From: Octopus bimaculoides
Taxonomy: Eukaryota
DNA: 36,495 bases
Direction of reading: 5' to 3'
Assembly (NCBI RefSeq): GCF_001194135.2
Contig: NC_068981.1
Location: 180,043,310 to 180,079,804 of the forward strand
Below the pieces are notes generated by a model that saw only the letters and a program-made list of their open reading frames with translations, was not told the DNA's origin and did not search any database. Made by a program: the position numbers and the translations under genes. Shown here in pieces: positions 11,292 to 23,317 of the stretch (position 1 is the stretch's first letter; the number at the start of each line of letters is the position of its first letter).

Positions 11292-12443
11292 ATATATATA
11301 TATTTATATTTATATATTTATATATTTGATCCTTTATATTGAACACTCAATATTTCATCTACATTCAATACTTTCTTTCATGGTGCCATCCATTTATATT
11401 TTATTTTATTTTATATTGTATATTGTATATCATATTATATATTGTATATTCCATATTCTATACCCCACATTAGTTCTGCAGGAATATAAATAAAACATAA
11501 AAAACAGACAGTGTTGGAACTCTTTTAAGCAAAANNNNNNNNNNNNNNNNNNNNNNNNNNNNNNNNNNNNNNNNNNNNNNNNNNNNNNNNNNNNNNNNNN
11601 NNNNNNNNNNNNNNNNNNNNNNNNNNNNNNNNNNNNNNNNNNNNNNNNNNNNNNNNNNNNNNNNNNNNNNNNNNNNNNNNNNNNNNNNNNNNNNNNNNNN
11701 NNNNNNNNNNNNNNNNNNNNNNNNNNNNNNNNNNNNNNNNNNNNNNNNNNNNNNNNNNNNNNNNNNNNNNNNNNNNNNNNNNNNNNNNNNNNNNNNNNNN
11801 NNNNNNNNNNNNNNNNNNNNNNNNNNNNNNNNNNNNNNNNNNNNNNNNNNNNNNNNNNNNNNNNNNNNNNNNNNNNNNNNNNNNNNNNNNNNNNNNNNNN
11901 NNNNNNNNNNNNNNNNNNNNNNNNNNNNNNNNNNNNNNNNNNNNNNNNNNNNNNNNNNNNNNNNNNNNNNNNNNNNNNNNNNNNNNNNNNNNNNNNNNNN
12001 NNNNNNNNNNNNNNNNNNNNNNNNNNNNNNNNNNNNNNNNNNNNNNNNNNNNNNNNNNNNNNNNNNNNNNNNNNNNNNNNNNNNNNNNNNNNNNNNNNNN
12101 NNNNNNNNNNNNNNNNNNNNNNNNNNNNNNNNNNNNNNNNNNNNNNNNNNNNNNNNNNNNNNNNNNNNNNNNNNNNNNNNNNNNNNNNNNNNNNNNNNNN
12201 NNNNNNNNNNNNNNNNNNNNNNNNNNNNNNNNNNNNNNNNNNNNNNNNNNNNNNNNNNNNNNNNNNNNNNNNNNNNNNNNNNNNNNNNNNNNNNNNNNNN
12301 NNNNNNNNNNNNNNNNNNNNNNNNNNNNNNNNNNNNNNNNNNNNNNNNNNNNNNNNNNNNNNNNNNNNNNNNNNNNNNNNNNNNNNNNNNNNNNNNNNNN
12401 NNNNNNNNNNNNNNNNNNNNNNNNNNNNNNNNNNNNNNNNNNN

Positions 12444-12495
<52 letters not shown>

Positions 12496-12894
12496 CAAAT
12501 AAACGTACAGCTTGTGTTATGTCGCATAAATTCTTCATTTATTAGATTTGGACTTGAAAATACCTCTGTAGCGGCTTTATATATTTATATTTATTGATGC
12601 AAACATGTACGTATAATTTTTTGCATACTGAAACTAATATTTCAAGAAGATTACAAAGGAGCCGTAATCATATGGAAGTCATATGGAAAAATAATCTTCA
12701 CCTATCACACTTAGCGTTATAGTTTATGTACACACACACGTATATAAATATATAAAGCCTATAGAGAGGTATTTTTAAAGTCCAAATCTAATAAATAAAG
12801 AATATATGCGACTTGGTATTAGCCTCGGTATAAAGAATAAAACCAAACATACATAAAAATATAGAAGAAATATAAAAATATATAAAAATACGTA

Positions 12895-13161
12895 GGCGTA
12901 GGAGTGGCTGTGTGGTAAGTAGCTTGCTTACCAACCACATGGTCCCGGGTTCAGTCCCACTGCGTGGCATCTTGGGAAAGTGTCTTCTACTATAGCCTCG
13001 GGCCGACCAAAGCCTTGTGAGGGGATTTGGTAGACGGAAACTGAAAGAAGCCTGTCGTATATATGTATATGTGTGTGTATGTGTTTGTATATCTGTGTTT
13101 GTCCCCCAACATCGCTCGACAACCGATGCTGGTGTGTTTATGTCCTCGTAACTTAGCGGTT
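12895..13161 (+). mobile_element. SINE family 1, 3'-truncated
   Basis: ggcgtaggagtggctgtgtggtaag...ggttcagtcccactgcgtggcatcttgggaaagtgtctt..., internal TA/TG tract, ends at gtaacttagcggtt. Confidence 0.85.
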
Positions 13162-13729
13162 TTATTCCTGCATTTATGCAAATAATTTAAGCATACATGC
13201 ATAATTATATGTGTGTGTATGTTTGTGCGTACGTATGTATGTATGTATGTATGTATGTATGCATGCATGTATATACTGTTTTACATCGTATGTATTTAAT
13301 TCATGCAAATAATTTACGCCATAAAATGTTCTACTCTTTTATCTTTTTTGTATATATCAACATCTCTTGACAGCCGGAGATAGGCTAGGACTATTGTCGT
13401 TCTGAGAACGCCTATTGAGGCAGAAACTTTCCCGTAATTTGTAGCTATCCCTTAAACTCTCGCTATTTCGTAATCTCTACATACTCTTGTTCTTTTTCTT
13501 AATGGCGTATCATCTTTGGTGACTTGTTTCCTTTGGTGATTATTTTATCTTCTTATATGGAGCAGGTCTCAACTGCCATTTCGCAATTGTGATACATTCT
13601 CTAGAGACGGTGAAAATTTTAGTAAATTGAGAATTTATGCGGCCTGGCATTAGCTGTACGTTTGTTTCTCTCCCTATCTTCACTCCCCTCCTCTCACTCT
13701 CTCTCACTCTCTCCATCTGTATATATATC

Positions 13730-13790
<61 letters not shown>

Positions 13791-13837
13791 GCTCACACAC
13801 ACATACACACACGCACACACACACACGCACACACACA

Positions 13838-13877
<40 letters not shown>

Positions 13878-13894
13878 TATATATACATATATAC

Positions 13895-14702
13895 AGAAGT
13901 GGCTGTGTGGTAAGAAGATTGCTTCCTAATTACATTGTTCCGGATTCAGTGCCACTGCGTGGCACCTTCGGCAAGTATCTTCTCCTATAGCCTCAGGCCA
14001 GTCAATGACTTGTGAGTGGATTTGATAGACGGAATCTGAAAAAAGCCCATCTTATATATATATATATATATAAAAGATAATAAGAGTGAAAAAACTACAG
14101 AAGGCTTGTGTTACATGGTTAAAGTATATATTTAAATTTTGTCAGAAAAATGTTAGGAAAATGTTAGAAAAATGTTATAAAATCTTTTTGGTATATAAAC
14201 ATTATATTTTGAGAAATAACCGGTTTCGTGTTGTCTTTTAAAATTTCTCTACTTCATTGTAACGTGTTCGCTATATATATANNNNNNNNNNNNNNNNNNN
14301 NNNNNNNNNNNNNNNNNNNNNNNNNNNNNNNNNNNNNNNNNNNNNNNNNNNNNNNNNNNNNNNNNNNNNNNNNNNNNNNNNNNNNNNNNNNNNNNNNNNN
14401 NNNNNNNNNNNNNNNNNNNNNNNNNNNNNNNNNNNNNNNNNNNNNNNNNNNNNNNNNNNNNNNNNNNNNNNNNNNNNNNNATATATATATATATATATAC
14501 ATAGATATATGTATGTATCTGTGTTTGTTCCCCATCATCGCTTGACAACGGATGCTGGTGTGTTTACGTTCCCGAAACTTAGTGGTTCGGCAATAGAGAC
14601 TGATAGAATAAGTATTAGGCTTACAATGAATAAGTCCAGAGGTCGACTTGTTCGTTACGGGTGGTCCTCCAGCATGGCCGCTGTCAAATGACTAAAACAA
14701 GG
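13895..14702 (+). mobile_element. SINE family 1 interrupted in its internal microsatellite
   Basis: 5' half 13895-14052 and 3' half ~14519-14702 are collinear with other copies. They are separated by (TA)n, a ~200-bp insert and a gap. Confidence 0.7.
14211..14249 (-). ncRNA. Decayed minimal hammerhead-like motif within insert ~14072-14272
   Basis: Minus strand: GAGAAAU [UUUAAAA] GACAACAC GAAA CCGG UU AUUUCUC. Perfect 7-bp stem I, 7-nt core slot (4/7 match to CUGAAGA), palindrome AACCGGUU. Confidence 0.4.
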
Positions 14703-14714
14703 ATATATATATTT

Positions 14715-15000
14715 TTGTATCCTTTTATTCTTTTACATGTTTCATTCGTTTGACTGCGGCTATGTTGGAGCACCACCTTAAAGGCTTTTAGTGGAACAAA
14801 TCGACCCCGGGACTTATTCTTTGTAAGCCTACTACTTATTCTGTCGTTCACTTTTGCCGAACCGATTTTCAGGTGATGGTGGAGGAACAAACACAGATAC
14901 AAAATCACAGGCATATAAATATATACATATACGTACATACGACAGGCTTCTTTTAGTTTCTGTCTACCAAATCCACTCACAAGGCTTTGGTCGGCTCAAG
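14715..15000 (-). mobile_element. SINE family 1, reverse orientation, 5'-truncated and internally deleted
   Basis: Reverse complement of tail (tttgactgcggctatgttggagcaccacc) and body (ctaccaaatccactcacaaggctttggtcggc). Confidence 0.8.
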
Positions 15001-15278
15001 AATCTCATATATTCCTGTATTCGTATATATATCAACATATGTATGCAATGAGCATACGCATCACGCAGTCACACACACACACACACACACACACAAGCAC
15101 ATATTCGCGTCTACGTAAACACATACACATCCCAGCACATATGAAACATGGAGGAAAATACATAAACAAAGCATTCTTTACGTTTTGGAACGGCATTTTT
15201 GAACGAGTGAAACATCTAAAATTAGCTAGAACAGGTTCAGGAATACATTTGTCACCGTCATTGACACCATCACAATAG

Positions 15279-15282
15279 TTGT

Positions 15283-15317
<35 letters not shown>

Positions 15318-15983
15318 TAGTAGTAGTANNNNNNNNNNNNNNNNNNNNNNNNNNNNNNNNNNNNNNNNNNNNNNNNNNNNNNNNNNNNNNNNNNNNNNNN
15401 NNNNNNNNNNNNNNNNNNNNNNNNNNNNNNNNNNNNNNNNNNNNNNNNNNNNNNNNNNNNNNNNNNNNNNNNNNNNNNNNNNNNNNNNNNNNNNNNNNNN
15501 NNNNNNNNNNNNNNNNNNNNNNNNNNNNNNNNNNNNNNNNNNNNNNNNNNNNNNNNNNNNNNNNNNNNNNNNNNNNNNNNNNNNNNNNNNNNNNNNNNNN
15601 NNNNNNNNNNNNNNNNNNNNNNNNNNNNNNNNNNNNNNNNNNNNNNNNNNNNNNNNNNNNNNNNNNNNNNNNNNNNNNNNNNNNNNNNNNNNNNNNNNNN
15701 NNNNNNNNNNNNNNNNNNNNNNNNNNNNNNNNNNNNNNNNNNNNNNNNNNNNNNNNNNNNNNNNNNNNNNNNNNNNNNNNNNNNNNNNNNNNNNNNNNNN
15801 NNNNNNNNNNNNNNNNNNNNNNNNNNNNNNNNNNNNNNNNNNNNNNNNNNNNNNNNNNNNNNNNNNNNNNNNNNNNNNNNNNNNNNNNNNNNNNNNNNNN
15901 NNNNNNNNNNNNNNNNNNNNNNNNNNNNNNNNNNNNNNGTGGTGGTGGTGGTGGTGGTGGTGGTGACGGTGGTGGTGATGGTG

Positions 15984-16019
<36 letters not shown>

Positions 16020-16350
16020 ACAGCTATAAAATTTACTTCTAACTGCGAAGTTACTTAAAAGTGCAATACTGGAAACGTTCAAAAGCAGCAGCCGCAATAC
16101 CATCCATGTCAGCACCAGCGCTGAAATTCGCTACCGACACCACCACCACCACCACCACTACTACTACTGCTACTACTACCACTACTACTACTACCACTAT
16201 TACTACAGCCGCTGCTGTTACTACTACTATTGCTACTAGTATAACTGCTGCTGCTGCTCGTATCGCTGTTCTTTCCGCTTGCTCATGCAGCTAATACAGC
16301 CACCACCCACACCGTCCTCGCCACCACTGCTTCCACCTCCATCACCATCA
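15279..16350. repeat. Compound trinucleotide repeats (GCA/GTA/GGT; ACC/ACT/GCT) around a gap
   Basis: Direct reading. Confidence 0.9.
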
Positions 16351-16753
16351 ATAATATTGATTAGTAAAACACAGTAAGAAATCTGGATTTAATTGCTTTT
16401 CGCAACTATTGTGTTTTTTTTTCTTTTATTTTTGTTTGTATTTTTGATTTTGTTTTCTTTATTATTATTTTTTTTCTTTTTTTTACTTCAACGAACCGAG
16501 ACTAACCAGATTTCTTCGATTTCTGGTTCTTGTTCAAGATATTTCACACTCGATTTGGACGGTGGTTGTCCTTGGCAACCGCATGAACGTCACAACAACC
16601 TATTGCTTTTCTCCATTTTTAATCTATAACATAAATTGCTTTTATTTTTGTTTGTTTTATTTAGAGTAGGGTTTTAATATTTCTTGTTTTTTTTTTGTTT
16701 GTTTGTTTTTCTAGTTTCTTACCTATATTNNNNNNNNNNNNNNNNNNNNNNNN

Positions 16754-17251
16754 AGAAACGTTAGTGCACAAGGCGGCGAACTGGCAGAAACGTTAGAACG
16801 CCGGGCAAAATGCTTAGCGGTATTTCGTCTGCCGTTACGTTCTGCGTTCAAATTCCGCTGAGGTCGACTTCGCCTTTCATCCTTTCGGGGTCGATAAATA
16901 AAGTACCAGTTACGCACTGGAGTCGATGTAATCGACTTAATCCCTTTGTCTGTCCTTGTTTGTCCCCTCTATGTTTAGCCCCTTGTGGGCAATAAAGAAA
17001 TAAGAAACGTTAGTGCACAAGGCGGCGAACTGGCAGAAACGTTAGAACGCCGGGCAAAATGCTTAGCGGTATTTCGTCTGCTGCTACGTTCTGAGTTCAA
17101 ATTCCGCCGAGGTCGACTTTGCCTTTCATCTTTCAGGGTCGATTAAATAAGTACCAAGTTACGCATTGGGGTCGATATTATCGTCTTAATCCCTTTGTCT
17201 CTCCTTGTTTGTCTCCTCTGTGTGTAGCCCCTTGTGGGCAGTAAATATATA
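16754..17251 (+). mobile_element. Two tandem 249-bp units of tRNA-derived SINE family 2 with an atypical pyrimidine-rich tail
   Basis: Units start at 16754 and 17003, about 90% identical. Head ggcggcgaactggcagaaacgttag (A box), B box gttcaaattcc, tail ccctttgtctgtccttgtttgtc...aataaagaaata. Confidence 0.9.
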
Positions 17252-17430
17252 AGAAACGTTCGTGCATCAAAAACAAAATGCTTAACGGAATTTCAGCAAA
17301 TCCCACCGGGATCAACTTTGCCTATCATCCTTCCGAGATCGATAAAATATAGTCCCTATCAAGTACTGAAATCGATATAATCGAGTTGCAACCGGCCCCA
17401 AAATTTTGGCCTTCTGCCAAAACTTGTTAC
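17252..17430 (+). mobile_element. Older, decayed SINE family 2 body (host of the tandem units)
   Basis: agaaacgttcgtgcatc...aaaatgcttaacggaatttc...gatcaactttgcctatcatcc...aaattttggccttctgccaaaa is collinear with family 2 and has the usual tail. Confidence 0.7.
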
Positions 17431-17699
17431 CAAATATGTCTGTTTCTCAGTGATGTAAGGATTGATGTATTCGGGGTCATGTAACAGTTATTCTTGACGC
17501 AATTATTCTGGTTGTGTCCTTTCATGCACATTTTGTAGTTTTATGAGAAGCACTTTTTATCCCCACAGCTTCTTATATGCTAGTCTGCACTTTCCTGCCC
17601 TCAAATCTCATAAAAATTGATTTAACCTTTCATCTACCAGTTTTTGTTAATTTTGATTTATTTTATTTTGTTTTATTACGTAAAGAAGCTTAATTGAAA

Positions 17700-18535
17700 C
17701 TGTCGAACCTTATAGTTTTACTGTTCTCTCTCTTGGGCTTCGATGGAGGTCAACTTGCCAGCTTGCACCTAAGAACATTCGGACCAGGGCCTATGGGCAA
17801 TTACCTAAAGTCCCTGGCATGGCAGTGATACAGAGGTGCTTTACCTGTTCGAGATAAGCTCTTTAGGCATGGTTCTTTTTCCTCGCCGACTTGTCCAAGA
17901 TGTGGGCAGGACAGTGAAACTGTTCTGGACGCAATTGTACAATGTCCGAAGATTTCGGAACTCTGGGTTTATGTCGAACACTTGCTGTCACATCTGAGAA
18001 GAGTGCAACTGTCGACCGAATCTATAATTAGGATTGTTCTGCCGCCCTCCCTGAATAGGGAAGAGAGGGCTTGTTTTCTCTCGGTAGTAGCTATCGCGAA
18101 AGAGGTAGTATGGAAGACGAGAGTGAACGGGATCATGACAGGCATTTTTATCTCCAGCTTTGGGTTAGTTAACTTTTTCCTTTTCCACATGAAAAGAAAA
18201 ATAAGGCTGGAGAAGAAATGCCTGTCGCACGGTGTGTTTCGGAAAAGATGGAAGTCTGTAGCAAGTGTGTTTGAGAGTGGAAGAACTTGATTAAGTGAGA
18301 ATATAAAAGGAAAAATAAAGTCTTCAGTGTGAGAACGTGGTTTGTGGGTTCAACCACGTCCTCCGCTTCACTTTTGTTAACCATCCGTTTATTTTATCAT
18401 TATTTATTTTTTGGAATTTTTAACGTTCATCCTTCACTCTGTTACTCTCATTCGCTACCTGACCCCTTGTCTGTTTGTCTGTCCTTGTTTCGTCCTCTCT
18501 TCATTTAAACCGGTATTTGGTGAATAAAGAAAAGA
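17700..18535 (+). mobile_element. 3' end of an L1/Tx1-like LINE (C-terminal zinc-knuckle region plus 3' UTR)
   Basis: GALPVRDKLFRHG...CPRC (17892-17903) GQDSETVLDAIVQCPKISELWVYVE continues into ORF 17982-18290. T-rich 3' UTR ends in aataaagaaaag. Confidence 0.8.
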
Positions 18536-18555
18536 GTTTTAATGTTCTCTTCAGA

Positions 18556-18698
18556 GCATGAGTTCAAATTCCGCTGAAGTCGACTTTGCTTTCATCCTTT
18601 CGGGGTCGATAAACTAAGCACCAGTTGCGTACTGGGGTCGATCTAATCGACTGGCCACCTTCCCCCAAATTTCGGGCTTTGTGCCTAGAATGGAAAAG
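18556..18698 (+). mobile_element. 5'-truncated SINE family 2 with 15-bp target-site duplication
   Basis: aatgttctcttcaga at 18541-18555 and 18699-18713. Usual tail cccccaaatttcgggctttgtgcctagaatggaaaag. Confidence 0.9.
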
Positions 18699-18889
18699 AA
18701 TGTTCTCTTCAGAACCATCAAGAAAATATATGGATCGAAATAACTGTAACAAGGCATTGTAATATTCATTTGAGTATCAGCATTGGGTTTTCTAATAACA
18801 GGCATCCACCAATACCCGGCGCCGGCGCATAAAATGTAAGTGGAAACTTTTGGTACTTACCCTATATATTAGCGGTTTCTTATTTAGGT

Positions 18890-19075
18890 ACAAGGCCAGA
18901 ACTTCTCATGGGAAGAGACCAGTCGATATCATCGAATCTAAAACTTGACTGCTACTTTATCCTATTGATCCCGAATAGATATAAAGTAATGTTGACTCCT
19001 GAGGAAATGGTACTCAGAATGAAATGATGCGGAAGAAATTTTTCGATGCTTTAATGATTCTGAAAGCTCATCGTT
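18890..19075 (-). mobile_element. Decayed SINE family 2
   Basis: acaaggccagaac...cagtcgatatcatcga...ttgatcccgaa...gttgactcctgagg...ctcagaatg parallels the reverse complement of family 2. Confidence 0.55.
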
Positions 19076-19799
19076 TCCACCTTGTTTATTAATGAAAAGA
19101 AAAACCCGAATTTGAATTCCTTTTCCCTCTTTTGGTGGCGATCAACTTTAGAAAATTGGAAATTATTTCAATCTAATTAAGCATTGCAGCATGTCTGCCC
19201 ATTTCTTAATCTCCACATTTTTCCAAAGAATGGAGCATTCACCAACTGTTTGCGATATACTGCAAATGATCCTGCTACATCTGAGTGACCAAAAGTTAAA
19301 TAATAATAACAATAAGGACAAATTTCACTAGGAAAATTTGGAAGGGGAAGTAAGAGATATGAGATACAGATCAATCCAGAAGTTACATGTACTGCACAGA
19401 GATAACGATATAAAGGCTTCTAACATTGACACAAATGCAGCAGTTTCAGGGAAAAGACATATAAAGTAGTAAACTGGTTCTTGTGTAATCGGTCTCCATG
19501 CTTGGTAGCATTTAACTATGGATCCATGATTGATGAAAAAGAAACTCGGGTGAATAAGACTTCAATACAGAATGTAAAGAAAGGCGGTAGGTGCAACAAA
19601 ATTCTTCAAGGTAGAATCGGTTTAGTGCTTTATAATGATACCTTATGAATTAATTATGCCCTTCTCTCTTTCGTTATAAGGCCAAATGTCATTGGGATCG
19701 ACATAACTCTCAAATGAAAATTACCTTAGAAGCTTCGGTTAAATGCCATGAACAACGGGCCATCATCTATAATAGCGTTTCGGACCACTCCCTAATGTA

Positions 19800-20010
19800 A
19801 ACAGAAGATACTGCACTGAGAAAAGTCAAGAGCTTCAAATACCTAGGATTATATGTGAAATCATCTCAAAGTGAGAAGACGGCCTTCATGGAACACTTTA
19901 AAAAGTATGGTCTGTGTGTGTGGAACTCCAATCTTGCACATCATATCAAGTTTAGTTTCTTATCTACTACTTCAGGGTGTGTTCCGATATATAATTATGA
20001 ATGCTGAATT
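19800..20010 (+). mobile_element. LINE RT C-terminal remnant
   Basis: LRKVKSFKYLGLYVKSS and VWNSNLAHHIKFSF (cf. V..FKYLGS and W.S.L....K...F). Confidence 0.5.
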
Positions 20011-20189
20011 CTGAAGCCTACAGAAGTCTCCGGATGGTTGTTATATTAGAATACCGAGTGCAGCACTTCCTCTCAAACAGAATTAGTACATATCGAAAGA
20101 GGCTTACTAGTGTTGAGTGTCAAAAGAGAAATCAGAAGAAGCCAGCTGTGATACGCACCAAAATTTCCCTTCTTCTCTCGTCCTCCCTT

Positions 20190-20660
20190 TTATCTTCTAT
20201 TTTACATGTTCATCATTGGACTGCGTCCGCGGAGGGGCGCTGCATTCAAGGCTTTAGTCGAGCAAATCGTGCGCATTATTTTTTTTTAATATAGTCTGGT
20301 ATTTATTCTATCGGTCCCATTTGCCGAAATTGCTAAATTAGTGCCGTAAAAAAAGAAAGAAACAACGGTTGTCAAGTAGAGTGAGACATGCACAAGCACA
20401 AAGACATATGCAAACACACACACACACACACATACACACATGCACACACGTACGCTTACACGCACACATATATACATTTATACGCATACACACTCACAAC
20501 TGGCTTCCATGCATATTTCGCCGACCAAATTCACTCACAAGGCATTGGCCATCCGGGGACATAGAAGGAGATATTTGCCCAAGGTGCCACGTAGTGAGTG
20601 GAGACTCAACCTGAAACCGCGCCCTTGCAAATCGAGTCTGTTAACTATACAAGCTATGCT
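20190..20660 (-). mobile_element. Older SINE family 1-related copy
   Basis: ttgcccaaggtgccac and ttcactcacaaggcattgg are reverse complements of the CORE-like body. Internal (CA)n, tail at ~20190-20250. Confidence 0.7.
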
Positions 20661-21659
20661 TGCTCTTATCAAGATCACTGGAAAAGAAATCGAACAAGTC
20701 CACAACGGAGTGACAAAAGCCCTTCAGTAAAATTCATAGCTGAAATTTGCATGCGAAAGCTTCTAAAGTGGGCTAGTCATCTTTGTTAAACCCACCCTAA
20801 ATACGTGACAAACACAGTCACCAATCCAACATCAGTACCACTCCACGTTACTATTATACCGAACAAAATCATAAACGAAAAAATGTTGTTTTTTCGAAAT
20901 ATACACTGTCGATATTTTTATTAGTTCAGCAATGACGTAGTAATATTCACAGCACGCAGTGTTGTTTAAACGAAACCCCAGGCCAACTCACACCAGGCAC
21001 ATATAATATGAAAGACGCTCCAACTGTGACCATTCCAACAATTTTATAATGTACAGATGCTTGTGTATATATCTGTGTGTATGTGTGAGTCTGTGGCTGT
21101 GTGTATCTAATACATACCTTATACATATATACGCAGACATATATCGGTATGCATGCATTTCGCTATGTATGTTTGTATGCATGGATACAACTACGTTGAA
21201 ATGAAGGCAGACATAAATACATCTATACTAACAAAACTTTGACAACCATATCAGTGTATATGTGTGCGCATGGGTGCGTGTTTGTCTGTCTGTTTGTGTT
21301 TGTATACGTGCATGTATTTTATATATATATAAATGTGTGTATGTATATAACTATGTGTGTGTACGTGTGAGCGTGTGTGTACGTATATTCATATATATAT
21401 ATATATAATATATATAATATATATAATATATATAATATATATAATATATATATATTCAAGTATATATATATGTATGTATATTCATATATATGATTATACA
21501 TACATACATACATACATAACAGTACGTAATCCAATTTGCTTTGTCAGACTTTAGGGTATGATATAGGAACATTCTGCTATTATTCCTAGCACATCGGGCG
21601 ACCGCATTAATATATTCCTCAGTAGCAGGAGGAAAAGTACTTTTAAATGCAAGCTATTC

Positions 21660-21660
21660 A

Positions 21661-21726
<66 letters not shown>

Positions 21727-21960
21727 TAGTAGTGGCGGCAGCGGCTGTGCGCTGATAATGATGCCAATACACAACAGCTGGTGCAGTTATATGAATGGTG
21801 GTATTGAAGTAAAAACTGTAAAAGTAATGACGTCAGCAGTTGCAGCAGCAGCATTGACAGCAGCAGCAGCGGCAGCAGCAGAAGCGGCAGTAGTGGAGGC
21901 GGCAGCAGCAGCAGCGGCGGTGGAGGCGTTAGTATCAGAAGTAGTAGTATTAGTAGAGGA
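21660..21960. repeat. (AGT)n and degenerate (GCA/GCG)n repeats
   Basis: Direct reading. Confidence 0.9.
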
Positions 21961-22418
21961 TATTTTGTAAACACAAATCTGGATCTTTGAGAGTTTATAT
22001 GCATATCCGCGTGTTTGTAAATATATATATGTATGTATGTATATATGTACACATACATATATATATATATATANNNNNNNNNNNNNNNNNNNNNNNNNNN
22101 NNNNNNNNNNNNNNNNNNNNNNNNNNNNNNNNNNNNNNNNNNNNNNNNNNNNNNNNNNNNNNNNNNNNNNNNNNNNNNNNNNNNNNNNNNNNNNNNNNNN
22201 NNNNNNNNNNNNNNNNNNNNNNNNNNNNNNNNNNNNNNNNNNNNNNNNNNNNNNNNNNNNNNNNNNNNNNNNNNNNNNNNNNNNNNNNNNNNNNNNNNNN
22301 NNNNNNNNNNNNNNNNNNNNNNNNNNNNNNNNNNNNNNNNNNNNNNNNNNNNNNNNNNNNNNNNNNNNNNNNNNNNNNNNNNNNNNNNNNNNNNNNNNNN
22401 NNNNNNNNNNNNNNNNNN

Positions 22419-22468
<50 letters not shown>

Positions 22469-22473
22469 TACAT

Positions 22474-23317
22474 AGTTAAATTGTCGCCATTCCATATTTT
22501 TAATTTCGCACATGCGCATTGTTTGTTTTTTTATTTTGTCAGTTGGACACCGTCTGTGAGAAACACACTACCATGACGCCATTCATTCTGCCAAAAATTT
22601 GGAAACAACATGCTGAACGGCTGGCATTGGTACCGGAAGCTCCAATACGAACATTTCAGAGTGTTTGGGTATCAATCTGAGGACATGTACCGAGAGTGAT
22701 AAAAATCAAACGTCCAGTCAACATCACAGTGTTTGGACTCATAAATAGTGATGGCGACGTTATGTTTCCATTCATCTCCCAACACGGCCTCTGACTCAAC
22801 AAAGAGGCCTGCATCAAGTGCCTGGAGGAGATAGTGCTGCCCTTGGTCAAGAGGGTGGCTGCTGGAAGACCCCATATCTGGCAACAAGACTCTGCCCCAT
22901 TCCACACAAGCAGGAGAAGCCCAGTCATAGCTGTCATACCATTTCTGCGACCATATCTGGTCCTAACATCTGGCCACCTAACTCCCCAGACCTCAAACCT
23001 ATTGGTTATTATGTGTGGAGCGAAGTTGAGCAAGAGACCAACAAAACTCTTTGTAACACTGAAGACGAATTGAAGGCAAGGATTATGTTAGCATTCACCA
23101 GTTAAAACAAGGAGATCGTCCAGAAGTGCTGCAGGAGATACCGAAGTCGTCTAAAAGCCGTGGCTGAAGCTGATGGCAATTTTATTGAATAAATTTATTC
23201 TTTGGTATTTCAAGATATTTTTATGTAGTTTTGGTGAATATATCTGTTGAAATGAGACGTCAGTGATTTTTCCATTTTTGCGGAATGTATACGATAGCTT
23301 ATTCACTGCACCCTCTG
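22474..23317 (+). mobile_element. Tc1/mariner DD37D (maT)-like transposon, internally deleted and degenerate
   Basis: IWQQDSAPFH, IWPPNSPDLKPIGYYVW, ELKARIM...RSRLKAVAEADGNFIE*. Right TIR-like gcttattcactgcaccc; left TIR partly lost in (TA)n. Confidence 0.85.

Noticed and set aside
15939-16200. Complementary (GGT/AGT)n and (ACC/ACT)n tracts facing each other
   Set aside because: Common simple repeats in non-mirrored order; likely coincidence in this repeat-dense genome.
16490-16570. Branch-point-like actaac with a pyrimidine tract and AG
   Set aside because: No matching donor or open exon downstream.
16772-16870. tRNA gene
   Set aside because: A/B boxes belong to a SINE head; there is no complete cloverleaf and the sequence continues into SINE body and tail.
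16754-17270. CRISPR-like repeat-spacer array or ribozyme-bearing retrozyme array
   Set aside because: The 'spacers' are homologous SINE units, the context is eukaryotic with no cas genes, and no hammerhead core was found in the unit.
21647-21970. Poly-Ser/poly-Ala ORF, and similarly the poly-Thr ORF at 16061-16294
   Set aside because: Translation of trinucleotide repeats, with no domain, splice support or non-repetitive conserved segment.
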